Below, piece after piece: positions 43,767 through 52,616 of a stretch of DNA of 57,734 nucleotides (positions are counted from its first letter, which is position 1; the number at the start of each line of letters is the position of its first letter). The translations under genes were made by a program, and so were the position numbers. The notes under the pieces were generated by a model that saw only the letters and a program-made list of their open reading frames with translations, was not told the DNA's origin and searched no databases. The stretch comes from Candidatus Nanoarchaeia archaeon (GTDB lineage: Archaea > Nanobdellota > Nanobdellia > Pacearchaeales > GW2011-AR1). The stretch covers positions 1-57,734 of the forward strand of contig DATETG010000015.1 in NCBI GenBank assembly GCA_035283785.1, read 5' to 3'.

Positions 43767-44953
43767 TTCTGTTGCAAGTATTCAATTTCTTCTTCCGTTA
43801 GTTTGAGCTCTTTTTGAACCTCTGGCTTTTGAAGAATGCCCTTTATCATCGGAAATTCATGCAATGCGCGTTTTTCTCCTATATGGACTTTGGAAGCGTA
43901 TTTTTCGGTAATTGATTTTCTTTTTTCAATTGCCCTATTGTTAATCCATATCTTCAAAATTCTGTCCGGTTTTTCATATCGCGTAAAATTTACATTAATT
44001 GTTGAATTTTTTTTTGATGCGGAAACGCCGTAACTTAGGAACGCATTTTCATAAACCAAGAATCTCCAATATTGCTGCTTGTATATTCTTCCCTTGAAGA
44101 TGTCTGCTTTGCTCACCAGGTCAAAAGCCCGTGCGAGTTCATCGTTTTTATACTCAAGAGGAATGTTCTTTTCAATCCATAGCATTATTTCATCAAGAGG
44201 CATGTTCAGGGAATCAAATATATCAAGAAGTTTTGTCGAAGGTTTTGATTTGAATATTTCCTTAAGAACATTGAATATATCCTGTTCCTTGTTTCTTTCA
44301 TCAAGATTGGCTGTTTTTGAATCTACTGACGCTTCTCTTTGCAGATCATTTATCGCCGCGCGCATATCGCCACGCGCATTTATGGAAATTTCATTTAAGA
44401 CATCACTGTCAAGAAATTTCCCCTCTTTTTTCAGAATCCCCATGAGAATATTTTTTATTGCCCTGTAATCAACTTCCTTGAGCTTTATCATCTTGGCCTT
44501 TTTTCTTAATGGTGAAAGCTTTTTGTTCCAGACATCATTCGCGGTTATTATAACTGGATATGGGGATGCATCAATTATTGAAATGAGCTCACTTATTCCT
44601 CTTGATTCCGTCGAAGATATGCCGTCAACTTCATCTATAAGAATTATCTTTCTCTTTCCGATCAGTGACTGTTGTTCTGTTGCAGGTTTCAGGATTTCGT
44701 TGAGACTTGTTTTGTTTCTTATGTCGCTTGCGTTTAACTCAAAAATTTCCGACCCCGTTTCAAGGGCAATTACCTGAGCCATTGTTGTTTTTCCAATTCC
44801 GGGAGTACCATGCAGTATAATGGCCTTTTTTTTTGTTTTTGTCAAATTCCCAAGATAAAACTCTTCAATGAAATTTTTTATTTCCCACACCGCCGGTTCT
44901 TGGCCAACAATGTCTTGGAATTTCTTTGGGCGATACCTCTCTGTCCAGTTCAT
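43763..44953 (-). CDS. rfcL: Replication factor C large subunit
   Basis: NWTERYRPKKFQDIVGQ, Walker A HGTPGIGKTT, ELNASDIRNK, Walker B ILIDEVDGI. 396 aa, so shorter than many RfcL proteins. Confidence 0.8.
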   Translation of the reverse strand: MNWTERYRPKKFQDIVGQEPAVWEIKNFIEEFYLGNLTKTKKKAIILHGTPGIGKTTMAQVIALETGSEIFELNASDIRNKTSLNEILKPATEQQSLIGKRKIILIDEVDGISSTESRGISELISIIDASPYPVIITANDVWNKKLSPLRKKAKMIKLKEVDYRAIKNILMGILKKEGKFLDSDVLNEISINARGDMRAAINDLQREASVDSKTANLDERNKEQDIFNVLKEIFKSKPSTKLLDIFDSLNMPLDEIMLWIEKNIPLEYKNDELARAFDLVSKADIFKGRIYKQQYWRFLVYENAFLSYGVSASKKNSTINVNFTRYEKPDRILKIWINNRAIEKRKSITEKYASKVHIGEKRALHEFPMIKGILQKPEVQKELKLTEEEIEYLQQN

Positions 44954-45291
44954 TTTGCTTTTTGAACTTCCCTTAGAAGAATTTCATTTTTACTTGTATC
45001 ATAGACACTGATTACTTCATAAACCCCTCTTGTATATGGCTCACCCTTTCTTAAAAAATGAGATACCTCCAGAATTTTTACGTTCGCCAGAGGTCCAGAT
45101 ATTTCTCCATTTCCGTTTGTTCTTACCAAAGGTATTTCTCCCTCGAGAAAATAATTTCTTTGCCCCTTTTTTGTGAAAAAATGTTTTGTCCCAATATCCA
45201 ACTCTTTCGGCAAACATTCTGAGGGCAATCTTCCTTCCTCCCCGAAATTTCTTAACGCCAATTCAGAATTGAATTCTACTTTAATTCCCAT
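44950..45291 (-). CDS. Hypothetical protein embedded between rfcS and rfcL
   Basis: ATG at 45291 lies 1 nt after the rfcS stop (MGIKVEFNSELAL...). Its stop overlaps the rfcL ATG by 4 nt. 113 aa. The ORF track starts at 45327, inside rfcS. Confidence 0.5.
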   Translation of the reverse strand: MGIKVEFNSELALRNFGEEGRLPSECLPKELDIGTKHFFTKKGQRNYFLEGEIPLVRTNGNGEISGPLANVKILEVSHFLRKGEPYTRGVYEVISVYDTSKNEILLREVQKAK

Positions 45292-45292
45292 C

Positions 45293-46252
45293 TCATTTCC
45301 CCAAGCCGGCGAGGACAAAACTTGCAAGCAACGCTTGAAGTTGTATGAACGGGTCGCTGCCTTCGATTATCCTAAATTCCGCCTCGCCTGTTTTTTCCGT
45401 GAGCTTGACCTTCAACTCCGGTTCGACAGGAATGTTCCATATTTCCTTTTGAATCGCTTTGATTATGTCCTGTCCCGAAATGCTTTGCTTTAGCATTATT
45501 TCAAAAAGTTTTTCACGCGATTTCTGAAAATCTCCTGAAATTGCGTAGTCCAAAACCACTCTGAGGTCTTTTGGTTTTGCACTTGATATTATTGTTGTAA
45601 TCAGATCAGGAGTTATCATCGGAGAAATGGATGCTGTTGACTGCAGGAGGTTTATGCATTTCCTGCAATCTCCTTCGCTGCCTTCATACAACGCCTCTGT
45701 AGCTTCAGGACTTACATTAAGATTCTCCTTTTCCGCTATTGTTTTTATTATGCGTTCGACGTCCTTTTTTTCCAGGAGCTTGAATCTGAACAAAATACAG
45801 CGGGACTGAATAGGGTCAATTACCTTGCTTGAATAATTGCATGACAGAATAAATCTGCACGTTGATGCGTAATTTTCCATTGTTCTTCTTAGGGCCTGCT
45901 GGGCTTCAGGAGTAAGTGCATCAGCCTCGTCGAGAAATATCACCTTGAAAGGAATTTTTCCCAGCGACTTTGTTCTTGCAAAATTCTTGACTTTCTCACG
46001 AACAATGTTTATTCCCCTCTCATCGGAAGCATTCAACTCAAGAAAGTTCTCCTTCCATTGCCCTCCATAAAGTTCCTTGACAACAACCAACGCTAATGTT
46101 GATTTTCCAACGCCTGCAGGACCGGCAAAGAGCATGTGCGGTATGTTTAATGTGTTAGCAAGAGATTTAACTCTCTTTACTATTTCGTCCTGTCCGAAAA
46201 CATCTGAAAATTTCTGCGGACGATATTTCTCTGTCCAAATCTCGCTGCTCAT
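45293..46252 (-). CDS. rfcS: Replication factor C small subunit
   Basis: IWTEKYRPQKF, Walker A GPAGVGKST, LELNASDERG, Walker B IFLDEADALT, SRC motif IQSRCILFRF. No intein. Confidence 0.9.
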   Translation of the reverse strand: MSSEIWTEKYRPQKFSDVFGQDEIVKRVKSLANTLNIPHMLFAGPAGVGKSTLALVVVKELYGGQWKENFLELNASDERGINIVREKVKNFARTKSLGKIPFKVIFLDEADALTPEAQQALRRTMENYASTCRFILSCNYSSKVIDPIQSRCILFRFKLLEKKDVERIIKTIAEKENLNVSPEATEALYEGSEGDCRKCINLLQSTASISPMITPDLITTIISSAKPKDLRVVLDYAISGDFQKSREKLFEIMLKQSISGQDIIKAIQKEIWNIPVEPELKVKLTEKTGEAEFRIIEGSDPFIQLQALLASFVLAGLGK

Positions 46253-46302
46253 TTTATTTTTAAAGTGGTTTAGGTTAAAAAGATTGTTATTGTTAAGATT
46301 GA

Positions 46303-46554
46303 TTATTTTCTTCCATTTCCGTTTTTTTTGCCGTTAAGAATTTGATGTGCTTCATAGGCTTCCATGCCTGTGATTTGCATGTTTCTCAGGGAGTAATATA
46401 TGTCATTCAATTCCCGTCTCTTTTGAGGATTTATTGGTCCAATGCCTTCGAGATTATGTGCCCTTTCCATTAAGGTTTTTAATCTGTTTGAAGAGCTATC
46501 ATCAATGTTAATCATGGCCTTTTCACTACGTTGATAATTCCCATCACCTCTCAT
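46303..46554 (-). CDS. Hypothetical small protein
   Basis: ORF track; 83 aa; no motif. Confidence 0.35.
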   Translation of the reverse strand: MRGDGNYQRSEKAMINIDDSSSNRLKTLMERAHNLEGIGPINPQKRRELNDIYYSLRNMQITGMEAYEAHQILNGKKNGNGRK

Positions 46555-46612
46555 AAAAATTCTTAATTGCCGGAGTTTATATTTATTTTTGTTGTTAGGA
46601 ATATAGAACGAG

Positions 46613-46729
46613 TTACTTGCTTCTTGTTCTTCTTAATTTACGCTTGCGCTTTTCCTTCTTGAGACGTTTGCGTTGCCATTTCCATCTCATCTGCCAGCGT
46701 TTTTTCCATCTTCGTGATGAACGTTTCAT
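46613..46729 (-). CDS. rpl41e: Ribosomal protein eL41 (not in the ORF track)
   Basis: Hand translation of the minus strand from ATG 46729: MKRSSRRWKKRWQMRWKWQRKRLKKEKRKRKLRRTRSK, then stop at 46613-46615. This is the extremely basic RRWKK..RMRWKW.RKRL+K.KRK pattern of archaeal L41e. It overlaps the spurious track ORF 46638..46820 in another frame. Confidence 0.65.
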   Translation of the reverse strand: MKRSSRRWKKRWQMRWKWQRKRLKKEKRKRKLRRTRSK

Positions 46730-46753
46730 GGAAATTAAATAAGAAATCTATTT

Positions 46754-47122
46754 TTAAAAGTTTGCTTGCTCTTTCAATTCGCTTTTTGTAGGTATATACT
46801 TTAATAGCCCCCTTCTCCATAACAAACTGTATAATGCCGGCTCATTTGTTTCTATCTTTCCTCTCGAGCAACCGGGAAATCTTTCTCTGCAGGTTTTTAG
46901 AGGGTCATCACCATACCTGCTACGCGGAGCATTTGGAATTTTTGCCAATAATCCTTCTCTATACAATCTCATGTAGAATCTTGGGCAGATTTTTTTAATT
47001 GCTTCTTTTGATGCTCCATGAAGATACTTATAATACAGTTCCATTAGATAATCTCTTTCCACATGTTTATTGCGCGGAAGCATTGCCTCCAGTAATTCAG
47101 AATAATTTTCCGGCATATGCAT
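46754..47122 (-). CDS. Hypothetical protein with two copies of an LY..L.R.GLL..IP motif
   Basis: ICPRFYMRLYREGLLAKIP and NEPALYSLLWRRGLLKYIP. It lies between rps10 and rpl41e on the same strand. Confidence 0.5.
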   Translation of the reverse strand: MHMPENYSELLEAMLPRNKHVERDYLMELYYKYLHGASKEAIKKICPRFYMRLYREGLLAKIPNAPRSRYGDDPLKTCRERFPGCSRGKIETNEPALYSLLWRRGLLKYIPTKSELKEQANF

Positions 47123-47174
47123 TTGCAGTAACTAAATTATAAATCACTTGTGAAACAGAATTCTGTACTCAAGA

Positions 47175-47483
47175 TCAATCTTTTATTTCTATCTTGATAT
47201 TAACACTCTTTGGAATTTGCAGGCGCATGATGTTCTGAAGCACTTTCTCATTTGTTGGCAAATCTATGAGGCGGTTGTGAATTCTCATCTCAAATCTGTC
47301 AAAAGTTGCTGTTCCATCTCCGCAAGGAGATTTGCGAGTTGTTATTTTGAGCTTCTTAGTTGGAAGGGGAACAGGACCTCTAATCACGACACCCGACCTT
47401 TTTGCAATCTCCGATATGGATTTGCAAATACTATTAAGCATGTCTATATCTGTACTATTTAGCTTTACTCTTACCTTTGGCAT
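47175..47483 (-). CDS. rps10: Ribosomal protein uS10
   Basis: RVKLNSTDIDMLNSICKSISEIAKRSGVVIRGPVPLPTKKLKITTRKSPCGDGTATFDRFEMRIHNRLIDL is the canonical S10 pattern. Confidence 0.9.
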   Translation of the reverse strand: MPKVRVKLNSTDIDMLNSICKSISEIAKRSGVVIRGPVPLPTKKLKITTRKSPCGDGTATFDRFEMRIHNRLIDLPTNEKVLQNIMRLQIPKSVNIKIEIKD

Positions 47484-47560
47484 GATATTTTTTGTTTAGA
47501 GTTGTTTTTAAATTTTTTGCTGAAACATTTTTATAGTTGGATTTTTTCACTTTTCAAAAG

Positions 47561-49264
47561 ATGGTGGAAAGCCTTTTCGTAAATTTAAGTTTGGTTGTTT
47601 TACTAGCCGTTGCAATATCGTTTTTTATGAGAATTTTGAGGCAACCTCTTCTTGTTGGCTACATCATTACCGGAATAATCGTCGGACCTTACGCACTAGA
47701 TTTTATAGGTTCTAACGAAGTGTTCGGCACGTTTTCAAGTATTGGTATTGCACTTCTTCTCTTCATGGTCGGATTAAACCTAAACCTTTCAGTAATAAAA
47801 GATGTCGGAAAAGTTTCTCTTCTTACGGGACTGGGACAGATAATTTTCACTTCAATAATAGGTTTTTTCATAGCAAAGGCTTTTGGTTTTAGCAATATTG
47901 TTTCAATCTACGTCGCTGTCGCGCTAACTTTCAGCAGTACCATCATAATAATGAAGCTTCTCTCAGATACAAAGAATCTTGATTCGCTTCACGGAAAAAT
48001 TGCCGTGGGATTTTTGATTGTGCAAGATTTGGTTGCAATAATAGCCCTTATGGCGATTTCCTCGCTTTCTCAAGGTGGCGATTTATCGTCGCTAATCATT
48101 CAAACATTCCTCAAGGGATTTTTGGCGGTTGTTTTCATATTTTTATTCAGCTATCTTTTCTTTAGAAAAATGACCCATTTTGTTTCAAGGTCGCAGGAAT
48201 TCTTGTTCCTATTTTCCATGGGGTGGTGCCTCGCACTGGCAAGTGTTTTCTTCCTTCTTGGATTTTCGATTGAAGTTGGAGCGCTGATTGCGGGAGTAAC
48301 TCTCTCAATGTATCCTTACCATTATGAGATCTCATCCAAGATGAGACCACTAAGAGATTTTTTCATTGTGCTATTTTTCATAACTCTTGGTTCTCAGATG
48401 GTGTTCGGCGATATTGCAATGTACATTTGGCCTATTGTTGTATTTTCAGCATTTATCCTAATCGGCAACCCCTTGATAGTCATGATTATAATGGGGCTTA
48501 TGGGATACACAAAAAGAACAGGCTTTTTTGCAGGACTTGCCGTGGCGCAGATTTCTGAATTCTCATTGATAATGATTGCATTGGGAATTAATGTCGGACA
48601 TCTATCAAGTGATATTTTGTCAATGGTTACGGTAATAGGATTAATCACAATAGCAGGTTCAACTTACTTGATTCTTTATGCAAACCAAATTTATTCATTC
48701 ATTTCAAGATACCTGTCAATATTCGAGAGAAAAGAAATAAGGATGAAAGCAAAAATAAAAAGAGAATATGACACAATTCTTTTCGGGTACAACCGTGTTG
48801 GATTCAACATGCTCAACTCCTTTAATAGAATAAAAAGAAAATATCTTGTTGTGGACTTTAATCCAGACACCATTTCCATGTTGTCAAGATTCAGGATTCC
48901 ATGCGTTTACGGGGACGGGCAAGATACATATTTCTTAAGCGAGCTTGCCCTAGACAAAATAAAAATCTTGGTTTCAACCATTCCCGACTTTCAGACAAAT
49001 AAAGTCATACTTAGCGAGACGAGAAAAGTCAATAAAAATGCAGTCGTGATATTGCGCGCCGACGACGTAAGAGATGCTAAAGAACTTTACAGGCACGGCG
49101 CAACCTACGTGCTGACACCTTATTTCCTGGGTGGAGAGTATGTTTCAAAGATGATTGCAGATTTCAAGGTAAACGGGGATCTTTATAAAAGGGAGAGAGA
49201 AAGACACTTCAAGATAATGGAAAATGTGGAAAAAAGAGACAGAAAAAATTCACAATTTATGTGA
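47561..49264 (+). CDS. CPA2-family cation:proton antiporter (Kef-type) with C-terminal RCK/TrkA-N domain
   Basis: About 12 TM helices (GYIITGIIVGPYALDFI, IGIALLLFMVGLNLN), then a Rossmann-like segment ILFGYNRVGFNMLNSF...VVDFNPD. First ATG at 47561. Confidence 0.8.
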   Translation: MVESLFVNLSLVVLLAVAISFFMRILRQPLLVGYIITGIIVGPYALDFIGSNEVFGTFSSIGIALLLFMVGLNLNLSVIKDVGKVSLLTGLGQIIFTSIIGFFIAKAFGFSNIVSIYVAVALTFSSTIIIMKLLSDTKNLDSLHGKIAVGFLIVQDLVAIIALMAISSLSQGGDLSSLIIQTFLKGFLAVVFIFLFSYLFFRKMTHFVSRSQEFLFLFSMGWCLALASVFFLLGFSIEVGALIAGVTLSMYPYHYEISSKMRPLRDFFIVLFFITLGSQMVFGDIAMYIWPIVVFSAFILIGNPLIVMIIMGLMGYTKRTGFFAGLAVAQISEFSLIMIALGINVGHLSSDILSMVTVIGLITIAGSTYLILYANQIYSFISRYLSIFERKEIRMKAKIKREYDTILFGYNRVGFNMLNSFNRIKRKYLVVDFNPDTISMLSRFRIPCVYGDGQDTYFLSELALDKIKILVSTIPDFQTNKVILSETRKVNKNAVVILRADDVRDAKELYRHGATYVLTPYFLGGEYVSKMIADFKVNGDLYKRERERHFKIMENVEKRDRKNSQFM

Positions 49265-49265
49265 G

Positions 49266-50045
49266 TTAGTAATTATTCTTTTTATCATAGTCAGATTCAT
49301 AATCTTCAACTTCCGTGTCCTCAATGTGAAGGAGAGAAAATATGAAGTTAAAAAATCTGAGGACTATTTCCATTATCATTATGAAAACCAGATAGATGAA
49401 TATTTCGTCTATGAACATTGGCATTTCCGTTAACTTGCCTATTATCCTCTCAACGGAAAAAAATCCCGGAGTCAGAAGCGAAACTGCCAGGAAAGTGAGG
49501 GGAATAAGTTTTGCGAGGTCTTTTGCAATTTCTTCCCTGAAATATGCAGTTAATCTGATTGTTGCAATTATTGTCGCTGAAATAAGGAGAAGCGCGCTTG
49601 TGCTTAATTCTTCTGTCAGGAAAATCATCAGCAAGGTAAAGAGCGCGAAGCCAAGGAATATTATCAGAGGCAATATTATTATGTATTCTGTAAAGTAAAA
49701 AACAGCCGCCAAAAATTTTATAAGAACAGGGTGGTCGGCAGTGTTGTATTTGTTCAAATCAAGTTTTATTATGTCTCTCTTCGAAATTGACTTGTAGAAT
49801 ATCCATACAAATACCGAGTAAAGAAAAATCAGCAAAATAACGACGAAGAGGTTTGTGAATTCCTGAAGCCATACCGGCATGACAGACACAAATGTGTTGT
49901 AAGTTTCAAGAATTCCCGTACTCAGACCTTCAAACACCTCTTGGCTGGCCATGTCTGAATCAGGATTTTTAAGTTTAAAAGTTTTCTTTGAAATCTCTTG
50001 CGGGAAAATTACTTGCAGAATAAATTTAAATAATATGTCTCCCAA
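49266..50045 (-). CDS. Polytopic membrane protein, hypothetical
   Basis: ORF track; 259 aa; about 6 hydrophobic helices; acidic C-terminus; no family. Confidence 0.5.
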   Translation of the reverse strand: MGDILFKFILQVIFPQEISKKTFKLKNPDSDMASQEVFEGLSTGILETYNTFVSVMPVWLQEFTNLFVVILLIFLYSVFVWIFYKSISKRDIIKLDLNKYNTADHPVLIKFLAAVFYFTEYIIILPLIIFLGFALFTLLMIFLTEELSTSALLLISATIIATIRLTAYFREEIAKDLAKLIPLTFLAVSLLTPGFFSVERIIGKLTEMPMFIDEIFIYLVFIMIMEIVLRFFNFIFSLLHIEDTEVEDYESDYDKKNNY

Positions 50046-50053
50046 AATGATAC

Positions 50054-51343
50054 ATGATAGACATAAAAATTTTGAGGGAAAACCCCGAGTTGATTAAGGA
50101 GAACATCAGAAAAAAATTCCAAAATGAAAAGCTTGTTCTTGTTGATAACATAAAAAAACTTGACGACGAATGGAAAAAACTGAAGTATAAGGAAGATGGT
50201 TTAAGAAAGGAGAGGAATGACATCTCTAAAAAAATAAACCTCGCAAAAAAATCACGCGATGAGAAACTCGCCAAGGAACTGATGAAAAAAGCCAAGGAGA
50301 TTCCCGAGGAGATTTCAAAACTAGAGGAAAAAAGAAAAACTATGGGGGCGGATATTGAAAATATCTTGAGAAAAATTCCCAACATCATGTCTTCAAAAGT
50401 TCCTCTGGGAAAAACAGACAAGGAAAATGTAGTCGAGAAAATTTATGGAAAGCCCAAGAAATTCGGATTCGAAATAAAGAATCACGAAGAAATCGTAGAA
50501 AATTTGGGAATGGCCGACTTTGCATCTTCTAGTAGAGTTGCGGGCACAGGGTTTTATTACATTGAAGGCGATTTTGCATTAATGAATCAGGCGTTGATAA
50601 GATTTGCAATTGACTTTATGGTAAAGAAAGGATTTAGATATGTTGAAACTCCCTTAATGCTGAACGAGAAAATCATCGACAGAGTAACCGACTTGAATGA
50701 CAAGCAGCAGCAAATTTATCTCATAAAGGATTATGACGCGGCCCTTATAGGAACATCGGAACATTCGTTGATTGGAAGATTTGTCGACGTGAATTTGGAT
50801 TCAAAGAATCTCCCCATAAAGCAAACTTCTTATTCAATGTGCTTCAGAAAAGAAATTGGCAGTCATGGAATAGATGAGAAAGGACTTTTCCGAACGCATC
50901 AATTCAACAAAGTGGAGATGATAGTTATTTGTCTGCCGAATGAATCCGAGAAATTTTTCGAGGAGCTTAAAAAAATAACAATTGACATTTTCAGGGAACT
51001 TGAATTGCCTGTGAGGGTTTTGAAAATTTGCTCGGGAGATTTGGGAGATTTGAAGCGCGAGCAGGTTGACATAGAAGTTTATTCTCCCCGAAGAAAAGAT
51101 TATTTTGAAGTAGGTTCGTGCTCAAATCTTGGTGATGCACAAGCGCGCAAACTCGGGATTTCAACGAGGATAAAAGGCGAACGCGTAATTCCTCACACGT
51201 TGAACAATACCGCGCTTGCGACTTCAAGAGCGCTGGTTGCAATATTGGAAAATTTCCAGCAGAAAGACGGAAGCGTTAAAATACCGAAGGTTCTTTGGAA
51301 ATACATGAGTGGGAAAAAGGTTTTGAAGAAAACTAGTTCATAA
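50054..51343 (+). CDS. serS: Seryl-tRNA synthetase
   Basis: N-terminal coiled coil (MIDIKILRENPELIKENIRKK). Class II motif 2 FRKEIGSHG...LFRTHQFNKVE. Motif 3 HTLNNTALATSRALVAILEN. Confidence 0.9.
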   Translation: MIDIKILRENPELIKENIRKKFQNEKLVLVDNIKKLDDEWKKLKYKEDGLRKERNDISKKINLAKKSRDEKLAKELMKKAKEIPEEISKLEEKRKTMGADIENILRKIPNIMSSKVPLGKTDKENVVEKIYGKPKKFGFEIKNHEEIVENLGMADFASSSRVAGTGFYYIEGDFALMNQALIRFAIDFMVKKGFRYVETPLMLNEKIIDRVTDLNDKQQQIYLIKDYDAALIGTSEHSLIGRFVDVNLDSKNLPIKQTSYSMCFRKEIGSHGIDEKGLFRTHQFNKVEMIVICLPNESEKFFEELKKITIDIFRELELPVRVLKICSGDLGDLKREQVDIEVYSPRRKDYFEVGSCSNLGDAQARKLGISTRIKGERVIPHTLNNTALATSRALVAILENFQQKDGSVKIPKVLWKYMSGKKVLKKTSS

Positions 51344-51374
51344 ATCTTATAAACTGACAATTCCGAAGATTTTT

Positions 51375-52088
51375 ATGAACTTATCTTTGGAAGATGGAAT
51401 AAACTCAGGAATTTATAGAACTGCTTTTAGCCATGTCAATGGAATTCCTGAAATAAGGGAAGTTGATGATGAATATTCTATAAGAAAAATCTGCGATAAA
51501 TTAATCAAGGAAGATGGAATTCAGGATATTCCCACAAGAACTTATTTTCCAACAATCGACGAATTTTTAGAAGCTTGGAAAACAGGGTATACTGAAAATA
51601 AAAGTCAATGGGACAGAAATCCTGCATACAGGAAATTTGGATTTGAAATGTTTTACATTAATTGGAAACCCTCAACAGAGTTTTTTGAGATCGGTAATCA
51701 TAAAGGAATAAAGAATCTTAGAGAAAGAATGGATTTGAATCCCATAATGATTCTTGCAGATAATAACTGGATGAACGACTTGTCGTATCTAAATCTTGGA
51801 GTAAGTGATTTTAGAACCCAGAAAGTACTGATTTTTAGAGAACAAGATATTTCCAAAAGAAGAAGTAATGCTGTTGATTTAACCCCAAATACAAAAAAAT
51901 TGTTGATAGAACAAGATGATAATTTTTCGTATTATGAACCAGGGGAAAATCGCGGTTTTCCACTTACTCCTCCAAACACTGGAAAATCTTACCTGAATCG
52001 ATGGACCGCCGTCGGGATAAATCCCCTGAGTATTTATGAGGCAATTGAAAACATGGGTTTTGTTTTTCCAAAAAACCAAAATTTATAA
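51375..52088 (+). CDS. Hypothetical protein
   Basis: ORF track; 237 aa, soluble; no motif. Confidence 0.5.
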   Translation: MNLSLEDGINSGIYRTAFSHVNGIPEIREVDDEYSIRKICDKLIKEDGIQDIPTRTYFPTIDEFLEAWKTGYTENKSQWDRNPAYRKFGFEMFYINWKPSTEFFEIGNHKGIKNLRERMDLNPIMILADNNWMNDLSYLNLGVSDFRTQKVLIFREQDISKRRSNAVDLTPNTKKLLIEQDDNFSYYEPGENRGFPLTPPNTGKSYLNRWTAVGINPLSIYEAIENMGFVFPKNQNL

Positions 52089-52110
52089 AAAGATATTCTT
52101 TATTCTTTTA

Positions 52111-52380
52111 ATGGAAAAATTAAATCAATTAAAATTCGGGTTTGCAGGGGCGATAACGAGCGGAGTTTTTGTCTTGCTCGCTGAGATTCTTCTCATGATT
52201 AAACTTGTTCCGTGGTATAATTCCCTTATGATAAATATCTACGGCGTTGCAGGATTATCCGGTTTTGACATATTCAAGATAATTTTTATTTCAGTAATCA
52301 TTGCATTGGCAATCGGGTTTGCGTTTGCCTGGCTTTTCGCATGGCTTTACAACAAGATGCTGATGATAAGGGTGAAGTAA
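52111..52380 (+). CDS. Small membrane protein, hypothetical
   Basis: First non-overlapping ATG at 52111 (MEKLNQLKFGFAGAI...). Three hydrophobic helices. Confidence 0.45.
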   Translation: MEKLNQLKFGFAGAITSGVFVLLAEILLMIKLVPWYNSLMINIYGVAGLSGFDIFKIIFISVIIALAIGFAFAWLFAWLYNKMLMIRVK

Positions 52381-52413
52381 AGTTTAAAAGCGATATTGAT
52401 AATTATTTTCTGT

Positions 52414-52556
52414 GCCTCAATGGTCTAACGGCTATGACGCTAGCCTGTCGCTGGTAAGGAAACCTAGGTTTCCTTGACCGTCAACCTTCCTATAATAGAA
52501 AGGAGATGGAAAACAGCAGAACGCTGGAGACCCGGGTTCGACTCCCGGTTGGGGCG
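52414..52556 (+). tRNA. tRNA-Asp (anticodon GUC) with a 71-nt intron at 37/38
   Basis: Hand-folded. Acceptor GCCUCAA/UUGGGGC; D arm GUCU...UGAC; anticodon stem CUAGC/GCUGG; loop CUGUCG|C; T arm CCGGG-UUCGACU-CCCGG; discriminator G then a U-run. Exon 1 is 52414-52450, the intron 52451-52521 (junction ambiguous by 1 nt), exon 2 52522-52556. The intron contains a perfect 9-bp hairpin AAGGAAACC-UA-GGUUUCCUU. Confidence 0.8.
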
Positions 52557-52616
52557 TTTTTCCCTCATGGAATATGACATCACAATCTTATTAAATTCTT
52601 TAAAATTGACGCTTAA

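Noticed and set aside
46638-46820. 60-aa minus-strand ORF, and the idea that it is a frameshifted continuation of 46754..47122
   Set aside because: A different frame of the same DNA encodes a convincing eL41. The 60-aa ORF has no motif and overlaps the 3' end of the upstream gene, so no frameshift is needed.
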